64,000 nt of DNA, from sequence record PP456878.1; one strand, written 5' to 3'. The translations under genes and the position numbers were made by a program. Position 1 is the stretch's first letter. Each line of letters begins with the position of its first letter. Below the pieces are notes generated by a model. The model was not told where the DNA came from and did no database searches. It was given only the letters and a program-made list of their open reading frames with translations. This DNA comes from Pseudomonas phage vB_PaePAO1-KEN19. Below, in pieces: positions 1 through 12,496 of the stretch.

Positions 1-198
1 TTGTTGAGCACTATCATCAATATCGATTTTATCTAGCTCATCAGTTAGAATATCTACTTCACTGTCTAGTACCGTATCATCATCAGCTACGGTGTCATCA
101 ATAACGGTTGATTTAGAAACGGCCTTATATAGATTAATAGCGGCAACAGCGAGGGCACCAGTTGAGATAATTGCAGCTGCGATCTTTAGTACTTTCAT
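1..198 (-). CDS. Partial CDS running off the left edge. N-terminus is a signal peptide/TM (MKVLKIAAAIISTGALAVAAINLY) followed by an acidic D/E-rich region
   Basis: ATG at 198..196, preceded on the minus strand by AGGAAAATAGAAA. Open frame to position 1. Hydrophobic N-terminus. Confidence 0.55.
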   Translation of the reverse strand, partial: MKVLKIAAAIISTGALAVAAINLYKAVSKSTVIDDTVADDDTVLDSEVDILTDELDKIDIDDSAQQ

Positions 199-251
199 TT
201 TCTATTTTCCTAATCATTAAGTTTTAATAAGTATCCAATATAGATACATGT

Positions 252-286
252 CTGTAATATAGATCTTAAACTTTTTTTAGTGTAAT
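252..286 (-). promoter_or_regulatory. Conserved 35-bp promoter-like element, copy 1 (minus sense: ATTACACTAAAAAAAGTTTAAGATCTATATTACAG)
   Basis: Near-identical to copy 3. Sits just after a terminator and about 58 nt upstream of the ATG at 198. Confidence 0.5.
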
Positions 287-339
287 AAAAAAATTAATGC
301 GATATAAACCCCCTCCCGAAGGAGAGGGTAATATGTATA

Positions 340-735
340 TCAGTATTCCATCGAAGTTAATACTCGATAATGATCTAATAGTAAATCAATAACAGAGTAA
401 AAAGAATCACAGTTGAATTGCGTATCTATATTTGCAGATACTCCAGTAATACGATTGATAATATGGAGACACTTAATATCTCCACCACGTTGTCTGATAA
501 AAACAACTGCCCACACTGGCCACGTACTATCTGGTGTGGTGTCTTGAATAACTAATCTGTAATACCCATCATTTACTGTTTCAATGGATGCTTGGATTGG
601 ATCATCTGTATAAGCCGATTCTACTTGAACATATTGATCATTATAATAAAACATTTCCTTAATAAGTTTAGCACAGGCATGTAATGTCTCCATTACCTTA
701 GCTGAACTATTTGGATTATATTGTTGATTAAACAT
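340..735 (-). CDS. Hypothetical protein (131 aa)
   Basis: ORF with RBS AAGAGG upstream. Copy 2 of the promoter-like element lies upstream of it and a terminator hairpin follows at 296..332. Confidence 0.6.
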   Translation of the reverse strand: MFNQQYNPNSSAKVMETLHACAKLIKEMFYYNDQYVQVESAYTDDPIQASIETVNDGYYRLVIQDTTPDSTWPVWAVVFIRQRGGDIKCLHIINRITGVSANIDTQFNCDSFYSVIDLLLDHYRVLTSMEY

Positions 736-765
736 GTCATTAACCTCTTAAGATATTGTATGCAT

Positions 766-802
766 AGTAGTAATATATATCTTAATTATTTTTTAGTGTA
801 GT
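766..802 (-). promoter_or_regulatory. Promoter-like element, copy 2 (minus sense: ACTACACTAAAAAATAATTAAGATATATATTACTAC)
   Basis: Diverged copy about 35 nt upstream of the ATG at 735. Confidence 0.4.
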
Positions 803-826
803 TGTGAAAACTTAGAGGAATATACG

Positions 827-1003
827 ATGCCTAGTAAAAGTAAAAAACAACATAACTTCATGGCTGCTGTAGCCAATGATAAGAAGTTTGCTAAGAAAGT
901 TGGTGTACCACAATCAGTTGGTAAAGACTTTGTTGAGGCTGATAAAAATAAAAAGAGTTTTGAAAGTGTTTCACTTAATAGCACTTATAAAGATAGTTAC
1001 TAA
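827..1003 (+). CDS. Small basic protein (58 aa, MPSKSKKQHNFMAAVANDKKFAKK...). Below the 60-aa cutoff, so absent from the ORF track
   Basis: GAGGAA RBS 7 nt upstream of the ATG. TAA stop directly followed by the bidirectional terminator at 1008..1030. Confidence 0.5.
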   Translation: MPSKSKKQHNFMAAVANDKKFAKKVGVPQSVGKDFVEADKNKKSFESVSLNSTYKDSY

Positions 1004-1004
1004 T

Positions 1005-1040
1005 ATAATGCCCTCCCATTGCGGGAGGGCTTATGTTGCT
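1005..1040. terminator. Bidirectional GC-hairpin terminator between convergent genes
   Basis: GCCCTCCC-attgc-GGGAGGGC, followed by TTATGTTGCT. Confidence 0.6.
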
Positions 1041-1045
1041 TATAA

Positions 1046-3538
1046 TTATTTTAATACTAGATTTTTATTAAATACTTCTGGAGTACTAATATTAGCTGGA
1101 TCAAGTACAATAAATTCAGCTTGGTTAAATGCACCGTGTGTTGATTCAAAGTGGCTGATGAAGAACACTTGATTAACAATGCCATTTTCAATTAACCTGT
1201 TAATGAATGGAATAGCATTGGCTCGATGTTGTTCATCAAAAGTCCTGCTAAATTCATCTAAGAAAAGGGGCATGTCATCTAGATGTAAAAATTTCAAGAT
1301 AGCCATTCTAAAAGCAAAATCAACAATCTCTAATTGTGAGTCAGACCCGTATTCAATGTCCGGTGGCTGAACGTCACCACCTGCAATATGCATTGGGAAC
1401 TTATAATCCATGTCATCTTTGTCAACATTAGAAGGTAATACTTCTAACCTATAAGTCCAAATCTCATTGATGTATGCATTTACTAGTTTAACTACTCCTT
1501 GTAAGAAACCTAATAAATAGCGACCAAGAATACCACTTTTTGGTGATAATGCTTTTTCAAGAATAGCTAAATCAGTAGCCATTTGTTGTGCATGGTTAAC
1601 TTCTGATTCTAAAACTTTAATACGTTCTTCATGACGTTCCATTTCACTTAAACGGCTATGTACACTAGATAGTTCTAAGTTAACAGCATCAATCTCCGCT
1701 TGGTATGCCTTATCTACAAAGTTGTCAGCTGTATCCACTATCTTTTTAATAAACTGCTCCCACCGTTCAATAAAAGAATGATACTTATCTTCCCATTCAC
1801 GAATAGCATTACCAGCTTTATTGAAATGAGCTGCTTTTCTTTGTAAGTCAGTTGCTACATGTGTTTTATTATTAATTTCAGTTTCTAGTGCAGTTGTACG
1901 TGCCTTAATGAATCCTAATGCATCTTGATCCATCTCAGCAATAACACGTAGTCGTTGAGCTAATAAAGTAGCTTCCGCATGAGCTTGCTTAGAGACAATG
2001 AGTTGCTGCATTGCATCTCGCCAGTCTAATGCATCATTTATATATTTTGCTGGTGTGCGATACATTACGATATGCTCAGCTACATAGTTCCATAGCGTAT
2101 CAAATTCATTATACTCTTTCGTTAATTGAACGTAGCCATGTACATAACTTACATATTCATTGAAATCAGTCATGTACTGTTCAAGAACCTTGATCTCATT
2201 TGAACAGCTATCCATTGCTTCGTCTAACTTAGCTTTGCGCTCTTCTGCTATTGTGATATCTTGTTCACTAACACCAGGTTTAAATGAATGAGTGCACGAT
2301 GGACAAATAATAGATGCACATTCCTTAAATGAATTTAGGCGTTGATTAATTTGTAAATACATGCCTTCCATGGTTGAGTATTTACTTTTTAATTCTTTTA
2401 GCCTTTCTGCATTTTTAATAGCAGTTTCTTTACTTAAGTAACCATTCTCATTATTAGGAAATGTAGTGAGAAGTTTGATCCAACGATCTGAGAGATCAGT
2501 AAGTTTACCAGATGGATCACCGTTAACAGAAATGTCAACCAAAGGAAATCTACCGGTATACTTCTTATATTTACTAATAGCTTCTTCAGCAATGCGTGTA
2601 TGATGTTCATGTCTGTCCTTAAGTTCTTGTATTTCTTCTGGAGACATACGTTCAGCTGTATTCGGATTAGAGCTTTTTAATTCTTCTAATTCTTCAACTA
2701 AACGTGCAATAACTGCTTGTATAGATTTATATTCTTCAATCTTCTTATTATTTAGTTCTAAGAAAGATTCATACCCATCTACTTTAACTTGAATAGGTAA
2801 CATTGGAAATGACATTAACAATGAACGAGCTTCATCTAAGATAGAATCTAATTCTTTACGTGCAGTGGTTTCATCTCTAAAATGAAGGACACCTTTCTTA
2901 TCACGTGTTTTATAAAGTAAATCAATACGACTAACTAACCGTTGTTTCACTTCTTTCAACTGTGTCATTTCTGAATCATTCAATACCCCATGGTGTTCTG
3001 TGACCAATCGCTTATTAATTGTTTTAACAGTACCTTGCTGGTTAGATAATTCTTTACGTACTTTGTTATAAACATTAAATGCATAATCAAGGTTAACTAC
3101 AGACATTCTAGTTAACCATGCTTTACGTTCATTAGGTTTTAACTTTGTAAAACGCATCTTACCTGTCAACATTTCATGCAGTTCTCGGTTTAACCCGAAA
3201 TGCACCATTACAAGTTCTTCTTGTTCTTTAAAGGTATGACCACTATTTAATTCTTCATCATTACATAAAAAGGAATGATGTCCAGTGCCACGGTTATATT
3301 TAGAAATTAATTTATAGTCTTTACCATTTGCATGACAATGGAAATGTTTCTCGCCACCTTGCTTGAAGTTTGAACTGCTAGATACAACAGGTGTCAGTTC
3401 ACTAATAATAGATGATTTGCCAGAACCATTACTACCAAGTATAACCATCATCTGTTTGCTTGGAGTCCATTCAAAATAATGTGTATTATTGGCCATCAAC
3501 CTAGTATAGCCAATTAGCTTAAGTAGCTTGATCTGCAT
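1046..3538 (-). CDS. SbcC/Rad50/SMC-like P-loop ATPase with a long coiled coil (830 aa)
   Basis: N-terminal Walker A 'GSNGSGKSS'. Very long heptad-rich middle. C-terminal 'LFLDEFSRTFDEQHR' looks like an ABC-type Walker B/D-loop. Confidence 0.6.
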   Translation of the reverse strand: MQIKLLKLIGYTRLMANNTHYFEWTPSKQMMVILGSNGSGKSSIISELTPVVSSSSNFKQGGEKHFHCHANGKDYKLISKYNRGTGHHSFLCNDEELNSGHTFKEQEELVMVHFGLNRELHEMLTGKMRFTKLKPNERKAWLTRMSVVNLDYAFNVYNKVRKELSNQQGTVKTINKRLVTEHHGVLNDSEMTQLKEVKQRLVSRIDLLYKTRDKKGVLHFRDETTARKELDSILDEARSLLMSFPMLPIQVKVDGYESFLELNNKKIEEYKSIQAVIARLVEELEELKSSNPNTAERMSPEEIQELKDRHEHHTRIAEEAISKYKKYTGRFPLVDISVNGDPSGKLTDLSDRWIKLLTTFPNNENGYLSKETAIKNAERLKELKSKYSTMEGMYLQINQRLNSFKECASIICPSCTHSFKPGVSEQDITIAEERKAKLDEAMDSCSNEIKVLEQYMTDFNEYVSYVHGYVQLTKEYNEFDTLWNYVAEHIVMYRTPAKYINDALDWRDAMQQLIVSKQAHAEATLLAQRLRVIAEMDQDALGFIKARTTALETEINNKTHVATDLQRKAAHFNKAGNAIREWEDKYHSFIERWEQFIKKIVDTADNFVDKAYQAEIDAVNLELSSVHSRLSEMERHEERIKVLESEVNHAQQMATDLAILEKALSPKSGILGRYLLGFLQGVVKLVNAYINEIWTYRLEVLPSNVDKDDMDYKFPMHIAGGDVQPPDIEYGSDSQLEIVDFAFRMAILKFLHLDDMPLFLDEFSRTFDEQHRANAIPFINRLIENGIVNQVFFISHFESTHGAFNQAEFIVLDPANISTPEVFNKNLVLK

Positions 3539-3587
3539 GATTAACCCTTAATAATGTCTTACTCTATAGAGTTAATAACCCTAGTAA

Positions 3588-4760
<1,173 letters not shown>

Positions 4761-4764
4761 AGAA

Positions 4765-4800
4765 CATAATGCCCTCCCACTATGGGAGGGCTTATGCTGT
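4765..4800. terminator. Bidirectional palindromic terminator (AACATAATGCCCTCCC-acta-TGGGAGGGCTTATGCTGTT)
   Basis: Extended palindrome between the PAAR gene and the convergent minus-strand gene. Confidence 0.65.
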
Positions 4801-5987
4801 TAAATACCTTCATTCTCATAATGAGTAATGCAGTGACTAACAAATGTTAACCAGACTTTAAGAGTTACTGCTAACCAATGGGTGTAGTTACCAACAGGTT
4901 CTGCTAATTTTCGGGATATCTCAGCGAGCATATTAATTGCCTCGCCATTTGCCCTTCCCAATAACTCACTACGTTCAGCTAGCTGTCGAATTGAATCATC
5001 TACAACTACCTTAACTGTTTTATATTCTACTTCGCCTTGTTTAGCACGTTCAGCGATCGTTAAAATATTAGCAATACCAGTTACAATATCACTTAGCGTA
5101 GTTACAGAAGGTACTTCTATATCTCGTTCAGTGCTATCAATTGCATTGATTTGTAACTCTGTAAATTCCATTGTAAATGTATTGCGAACCATTTCTAGTG
5201 CAGATTGTTTATTAGTAACTGATGTAGCTATATGGTCAGCATCAGTATAAACAAATGCACGATTAGCTGGTAAAATATAACTTCTATGGGTACCAGTAGA
5301 AGTAGTCTCACCTTTCTTTAATGGCTCATCCCCTGGCGGCGCTTTAAAATCACGACGCACTATATCGGCAAAAGATTGTAATAACTCATCAATGATTTCT
5401 GTAGTGGTATCTTCGCCTTGATTATCTAAGATATTCAATGCTTGTCTACTAATATTTCGAGCAATATTAGAAGTCATTTTAGGATAAGTCATTAAAATAT
5501 AATTAGTGACTTCTTTGATATCTAAAAGATTATCTGGTCGATCACCAATGAATTCACCGTTAATAGATAATCGCTGTAAACCAGAAACAGTCAATCGAGT
5601 ATTAGTCGTACGATTACCTAGTTTTGCAAGTCGCCTAGATAATTTTTGCTGTGTTTTACGCACATGTGAAATACTGCCAGTAAACTTGACGTAGAATGCC
5701 GTGAGTGTTTCGATTACCATTCGCACAATATCTCGTGCAGCCTTAGCAGCTCGAACTAATGCATCTTTTAAAGCACGTAGTGTAATTATACCGCCTTCTT
5801 TTATGGAGAAGGCGGGATCGATACTTTCTAAAGCAAATGACATCGCTTTAGACAGGTCTTCAGATGCTACGTCACGTCCATCTAGCAGATCTTGATAACG
5901 AGCTAATCGATGGCGATATGCTTCAACAGAAACAATAGCCTCTTTGAGTTCATTATTGGTAATTAATAGTTCTGCATATGTGGACAT
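4800..5987 (-). CDS. Virion protein, paralog of 5997..7565 (candidate head/inner-body protein)
   Basis: Shares 'ALESxD', '(I/V)R(M/I)V(I/V)ET' and a W-containing hydrophobic C-terminal segment with the adjacent 522-aa ORF. Confidence 0.6.
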   Translation of the reverse strand: MSTYAELLITNNELKEAIVSVEAYRHRLARYQDLLDGRDVASEDLSKAMSFALESIDPAFSIKEGGIITLRALKDALVRAAKAARDIVRMVIETLTAFYVKFTGSISHVRKTQQKLSRRLAKLGNRTTNTRLTVSGLQRLSINGEFIGDRPDNLLDIKEVTNYILMTYPKMTSNIARNISRQALNILDNQGEDTTTEIIDELLQSFADIVRRDFKAPPGDEPLKKGETTSTGTHRSYILPANRAFVYTDADHIATSVTNKQSALEMVRNTFTMEFTELQINAIDSTERDIEVPSVTTLSDIVTGIANILTIAERAKQGEVEYKTVKVVVDDSIRQLAERSELLGRANGEAINMLAEISRKLAEPVGNYTHWLAVTLKVWLTFVSHCITHYENEGI

Positions 5988-5996
5988 TATGTTTAC

Positions 5997-7565
5997 CTAT
6001 TCAGTTTCCTTGATTTCACTATCAACTAGTTTCTCAAGTACGGTGATCCAGATCATCACACATTTAAACAGATCATTACTAGCTTCAGTGGTGCCAGTTA
6101 GATAAGCCTTACCAACATTGGTTGCTTCTTTATCAGTCATCTGTGCAATGATTTCAGCAGTTGACTCTTTAGAGATACCGCGAATATTATTTAGATGATT
6201 TAGGAGGTTATGAACTGCTTTTAGCTGAGCCATAACAACATTCTTATCAACTAATAGTTCAACAGTAATTCCATAGTTGGGTTTACCCGGTGCATCAAGA
6301 ATGGAGAAGTCTACCGCAGCTTTGTCTTTACCAAAGGTATAAACACGATTACCGGGCACAACCGGGCTAGCATATCGGACACCATTAGCATTAATTTTGG
6401 TAGCTGTTCCAAACATACCTTTAGCTAAAGCCAGTGCTTTATCATCAGTTGTTTTTCCAGCTAAGGCTGCTTTAAGAGCACGCAGTCCATTCTTTTCAAT
6501 GCTGTCAAATAGATTACGGATTACAGTAACCCCCTGAACAGGGTCTACACCAACCCAACTCTCACCAGTGTCACCTAGAATCAGATCGCGTGGAATTGCG
6601 ATAGTACGAACTTCATCGGGTAGTTCATTCTCTTTAACGCGTTTCATGATCTTATTAACGCGTTCTATTTGATTACTGACATTCTGGCGAATACGTTGAT
6701 AAGTTTCTACAACAATGCGAATTAGCTTCTTAATGAAATCTAATGCAACAGTAGATACTTCTTTTGCTTTAGCTTGTAGATTATCTAATACTTCAATAGA
6801 AGCTTTAGGCCGAGTTAGCGGTGATATAAAGGATTCCATTGATGGCACAGTGTTATTAAAATATTTATAGTCAAATGACTCTAGCGCGATGCTAATAGCT
6901 TTAGCTAGATCATGATCGACATCATGCCCGCGATGATGGCGGTTACTAACTAAACCAATATAGTTTTCTAATGCAGTTTGAACAGATTCTACTTTAGTCA
7001 GTTCATTTACAATTGTAAACATTTCAACTGATAATGATTCTAGATGATCATCTAGTTCACCAGTGATGATATCTTCAGTAGTTTCCAGTAGTGCGGTGGC
7101 ATCATAGCCATGGTCTAGCTGCTCAGTCTCATTGGCTTCCATAATAGAAATGTCTTCATTCGATGGGACATCTGCAATTTGGTGTGGTTTTTTGGTACTA
7201 ACATTAAGATCTTTAGTATCACTTACTTTAGTGATCATTTCATCAGCTGTTTCAGTGATTTCGTTTTCAACACGATCACCTTTAGCTACTTGGAATTCTT
7301 TTAGCCCTTGACTAACATGAATCTTCTTATCATTGATCTTATCAGCAGTTCCATCAACATCTGGACCTTTGCATACGTCAATTGGGGTATTGGTAACGAC
7401 ATTGGTAACTTCATCACATGGATTTACTTTACCATCTTCATCATCTTTTAATTGTTCTGGTAATTCTTTACCAACATCAAGATTGACATTCTTATCTTCA
7501 GCATCAGAAACGCGCTCAAGACTTGCAAAGAAATCCATTGCGGGAACTGTTTTTTTCTTAGCCAT
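5997..7565 (-). CDS. Virion protein, paralog of 4800..5987, with an acidic N-terminal extension
   Basis: Motifs AISIALESFD and LIRIVVETYQRI align with the downstream paralog. RBS GGAG. Confidence 0.6.
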   Translation of the reverse strand: MAKKKTVPAMDFFASLERVSDAEDKNVNLDVGKELPEQLKDDEDGKVNPCDEVTNVVTNTPIDVCKGPDVDGTADKINDKKIHVSQGLKEFQVAKGDRVENEITETADEMITKVSDTKDLNVSTKKPHQIADVPSNEDISIMEANETEQLDHGYDATALLETTEDIITGELDDHLESLSVEMFTIVNELTKVESVQTALENYIGLVSNRHHRGHDVDHDLAKAISIALESFDYKYFNNTVPSMESFISPLTRPKASIEVLDNLQAKAKEVSTVALDFIKKLIRIVVETYQRIRQNVSNQIERVNKIMKRVKENELPDEVRTIAIPRDLILGDTGESWVGVDPVQGVTVIRNLFDSIEKNGLRALKAALAGKTTDDKALALAKGMFGTATKINANGVRYASPVVPGNRVYTFGKDKAAVDFSILDAPGKPNYGITVELLVDKNVVMAQLKAVHNLLNHLNNIRGISKESTAEIIAQMTDKEATNVGKAYLTGTTEASNDLFKCVMIWITVLEKLVDSEIKETE

Positions 7566-7600
7566 TTTAAAACTCCGGAGTATTAAAGTTCATAAGGTTG

Positions 7601-8260
<660 letters not shown>

Positions 8261-8299
8261 TCATTCAATTGAGCACTATAGTTACTTTAAGACGAAATA

Positions 8300-8340
8300 A
8301 TAGCGGATCCACTTTAAAGCAGATCCGCTTTAAATTAAAA
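8300..8340. terminator. Hairpin terminator GCGGATC-N13-GATCCGC flanked by T-rich runs
   Basis: 7-bp stem with U-rich tracts on both strands. Confidence 0.5.
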
Positions 8341-8808
8341 TGCTTGACCAGGACAAACCCAAATATAATCACCAGTTGTTTGGCCATTAGGTCTGACTAA
8401 TATAAATCGTTGTCCAACCGTACCGCGCACAGAAGCATCTTCAAATGGAAAACCTCTAGGTATAACTAATTTACCATCTTTGTCTTGTGCCCAAAAACTT
8501 AATGAGTCCCTAGTCTCTTTGCCATTAATAGGATCTTTTTCATAGAAACTCAATACGAAAGTAAATCCATTTGGCAATGATGTATTATATTTAATAACAG
8601 TGCCAATAAATGTAGGTGTTGTTGGTGATGATACATATCCATCTTCTTCTTTAAAGATAATGTTAGTATCAAAATAATCTTTAACATCTAACAGATTATA
8701 AATAACATCATCTCCATAAAGAGGGTGTTTCATTTTTAATGGATATTTATTTATTGTTGTGTAAAATGCACCAGGAATGAAATTATCACATTTTGATGTA
8801 TCTGCCAT
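8335..8808 (-). CDS. Hypothetical protein (157 aa)
   Basis: ORF in a tight tandem series; terminator hairpin downstream at 8303..8328. Confidence 0.55.
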   Translation of the reverse strand: MADTSKCDNFIPGAFYTTINKYPLKMKHPLYGDDVIYNLLDVKDYFDTNIIFKEEDGYVSSPTTPTFIGTVIKYNTSLPNGFTFVLSFYEKDPINGKETRDSLSFWAQDKDGKLVIPRGFPFEDASVRGTVGQRFILVRPNGQTTGDYIWVCPGQAF

Positions 8809-8811
8809 GAT

Positions 8812-9231
8812 TTACTCCTGTACATCCGTCATTACACGTCCTTCGATAGACCAGTATAATTCATTTTCTAATGAATCATAAACCGTTCTATATTCACATG
8901 CCTCACCTTTGTTTAATTGACAGTCAACTTTGAATAAACGGTTACCAACTAAACGATTACCATAAGCACGAATCACCAATAATCCATTTGTCTTATTGGC
9001 AATAGTAAATACATATTTACCTTTTTTAGTATCATAGGCAGTAGCTGGTAAATTTACTATAAATGGACTATCTGAATTATCATTATCAGTATAATTAGGA
9101 TCTTCAACGATAATGTGCGCATTAAGATAAGTTGAGTCAATATCAAACTTACGTCCAGTTGCTTTAGACGTGTCAATTACTTTCATAGGTGGGTAGATAT
9201 AACAGAATTCGCTCATGATTGCATCCACCAT
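8812..9231 (-). CDS. Hypothetical protein (139 aa)
   Basis: ORF 3 nt from the downstream gene; 19-nt overlap with the upstream gene. Confidence 0.55.
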   Translation of the reverse strand: MVDAIMSEFCYIYPPMKVIDTSKATGRKFDIDSTYLNAHIIVEDPNYTDNDNSDSPFIVNLPATAYDTKKGKYVFTIANKTNGLLVIRAYGNRLVGNRLFKVDCQLNKGEACEYRTVYDSLENELYWSIEGRVMTDVQE

Positions 9232-10157
9232 GACAGACCAAGTGTATACATCGCTTTAGTTGTTTCATTATAACAGATAAATCGAGTATAGCCATTATTA
9301 GGTAAGAAACCAGTACTTGTATACATTGGCCTAATGATACTCTGTTGATAAGCAGTAGCTATATCAACATCTTCATTAGTTAAATTCAGTATTCGATATT
9401 CAGCACCAGCCTTAAGTTTCTCGCTATTGCCAGAAGGTAGTATAACACCTTTAGGTGACTCTGCTATTTGAGCATCATCTGGTTTAGGCATTAGTACCAA
9501 TAGCCTACCTATAGCTTGATCATAAGGCGGACAAATCCAATTACCAAATTTACCTGTTTCATTATCAACTGTAATTGTAAATGGTACAAGCAATTGCGGG
9601 AATATCTGATAGCCATCTGTTGGTTCTGGATCAGGATCTGGGTCCGGCGGATCAGGGTCAACATCACCACCTGAATGTAACCATAGATTTAACCATCCTC
9701 TCCACCATAGTGATGAATCAATAGCTTTAAATAAAAAGTTTGGTTGTTTCTTACCACCGGTATACGTTATATTAGATATTTCTAACCATATGTCACTAGC
9801 AGTAAAATTTAATTTAGCTTTATTAGCAACATACGCAACTAAAGCTTCGCTATTTTTTAATCCTTGAACAACCGTTACTTCCGATGCTGTCCAATATGGA
9901 TTTTTAATATAATCATTAACATTAAAACGATTATAAAGAAAGTCGTAATAAACAGCACTATTAGTTGCATCTTTTTGAATACGAACAAATGCCCTATTAG
10001 GCTCATCGATAGTTGCACTATCCATTACCATTACGATAATGGACTTATCTTCAGATAAACCTAAATCCGGATATGCTGTTGTAACTGCTTTGAAGAAACC
10101 TATTCGTGGATCTTGTCCACGCGGGTTATCCGCCAGATTAAGAGTGAATCTACGCAT
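9213..10157 (-). CDS. Hypothetical two-domain protein with a (DP)n linker 'DPDPPDPDPDPEP'
   Basis: 314 aa; RBS AAGGTGG. Proline/aspartate linker between two globular halves. Confidence 0.6.
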   Translation of the reverse strand: MRRFTLNLADNPRGQDPRIGFFKAVTTAYPDLGLSEDKSIIVMVMDSATIDEPNRAFVRIQKDATNSAVYYDFLYNRFNVNDYIKNPYWTASEVTVVQGLKNSEALVAYVANKAKLNFTASDIWLEISNITYTGGKKQPNFLFKAIDSSLWWRGWLNLWLHSGGDVDPDPPDPDPDPEPTDGYQIFPQLLVPFTITVDNETGKFGNWICPPYDQAIGRLLVLMPKPDDAQIAESPKGVILPSGNSEKLKAGAEYRILNLTNEDVDIATAYQQSIIRPMYTSTGFLPNNGYTRFICYNETTKAMYTLGLSWWMQS

Positions 10158-10179
10158 TGCGCCACCTTTAGATTAATAT

Positions 10180-10212
10180 AAGAGAGGGCCTTTGCCCTCT
10201 CTCATTTATGCA
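10180..10212 (-). terminator. Terminator GAGAGGGC-cttt-GCCCTCTC after gene 10213..11550
   Basis: 8-bp GC stem; minus strand continues TTATATTAATCT. Confidence 0.6.
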
Positions 10213-11553
<1,341 letters not shown>

Positions 11554-11728
11554 TTAATCCTCATAATTAGAGCGCGATGGGTTTCCATCTATAAAATCAG
11601 TCTGTTCTAGTTGTGTTAAAATAAAAAGTCTGGTATTATGAGCTTTACGTAATACCCTTGTAACAGTCTATTGATAGAAATGCCAATACTGGCTTTTATG
11701 GGTAGGCATAGTACTAACAGAGGTCATC

Positions 11729-12019
11729 ATGCTCGGTTTGACTATTAAAGCCTTGCTCTTCGTTTGGCCATTCCTTAAGAGGGCTATCTTTGGTGATAGA
11801 ACTATTAAGGAAGTGTTGCTGGAAAACAAACACGTCACGGCGATGTTGATCCTAGTTGTAATATTACTAGGTACCTTATTCATAGTGACTAGTGAGTTGA
11901 AGTCAGTTAAAGCAAGCAACTGGGCCGTTAAAGCCGAAATGGATCGACTCAAGAAAATGACGCCTGAGAAGGCTGAAATGCTTGAGCGCCGCCGTCGTTT
12001 AAATGACTTGCTAAAGTAA
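11729..12019 (+). CDS. Small membrane protein with two predicted TM helices
   Basis: Hydrophobic segments LTIKALLFVWPFL and AMLILVVILLGTLFIVTS, followed by a basic/coiled tail. Confidence 0.5.
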   Translation: MLGLTIKALLFVWPFLKRAIFGDRTIKEVLLENKHVTAMLILVVILLGTLFIVTSELKSVKASNWAVKAEMDRLKKMTPEKAEMLERRRRLNDLLK

Positions 12020-12027
12020 GTACCAAA

Positions 12028-12441
12028 TTGGTGGATCACATGTCAAGAAAGTTCTTTCTAATACTCCTACCACTTATCAGTGGCTGTGTTTATACGCCAC
12101 ATGAGTACCACACGCACAACACGACTGTGGTCCAATATGAGCACTCCTCTTCTACAGATGATCATACATCTGTTGTTACAACTAAAGAAGAGGTAATACA
12201 AAAAGTTCTGCCTACACCTAAAAAATATAGTAAGGATACTAGTAAGAAGTGTATGGTTTTCGAACTACCAAGAAAGAAACCGGTACCGCCAACACCGATT
12301 ATTACAGAGTTTATAGAAACTCCGGAACAAATCGATATCTTGTTGACTGACTATATAAAAGAATTAAAGTCACATATTGTATCTGAGCGCGCTAAAATTG
12401 AGCAAGCATATGAAGAATGGCGTGCAAAGTGTGATGAGTAA
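12028..12441 (+). CDS. Lipoprotein (signal peptide with lipobox LISGC)
   Basis: 'MSRKFFLILLPLISGC' is a canonical lipoprotein signal. Placed 8 nt after the 2-TM protein gene. Confidence 0.55.
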   Translation: MVDHMSRKFFLILLPLISGCVYTPHEYHTHNTTVVQYEHSSSTDDHTSVVTTKEEVIQKVLPTPKKYSKDTSKKCMVFELPRKKPVPPTPIITEFIETPEQIDILLTDYIKELKSHIVSERAKIEQAYEEWRAKCDE

Positions 12442-12496
12442 TTTACTTGCTAGAATTATTATCTAGTTTAGTAATCGATCACATGAGGAAACAATA

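Noticed and set aside
11668-12039. 123-aa minus-strand ORF overlapping the 2-TM protein gene
   Set aside because: It runs antisense to an ORF that has better start context and coherent TM features, and it has no RBS.
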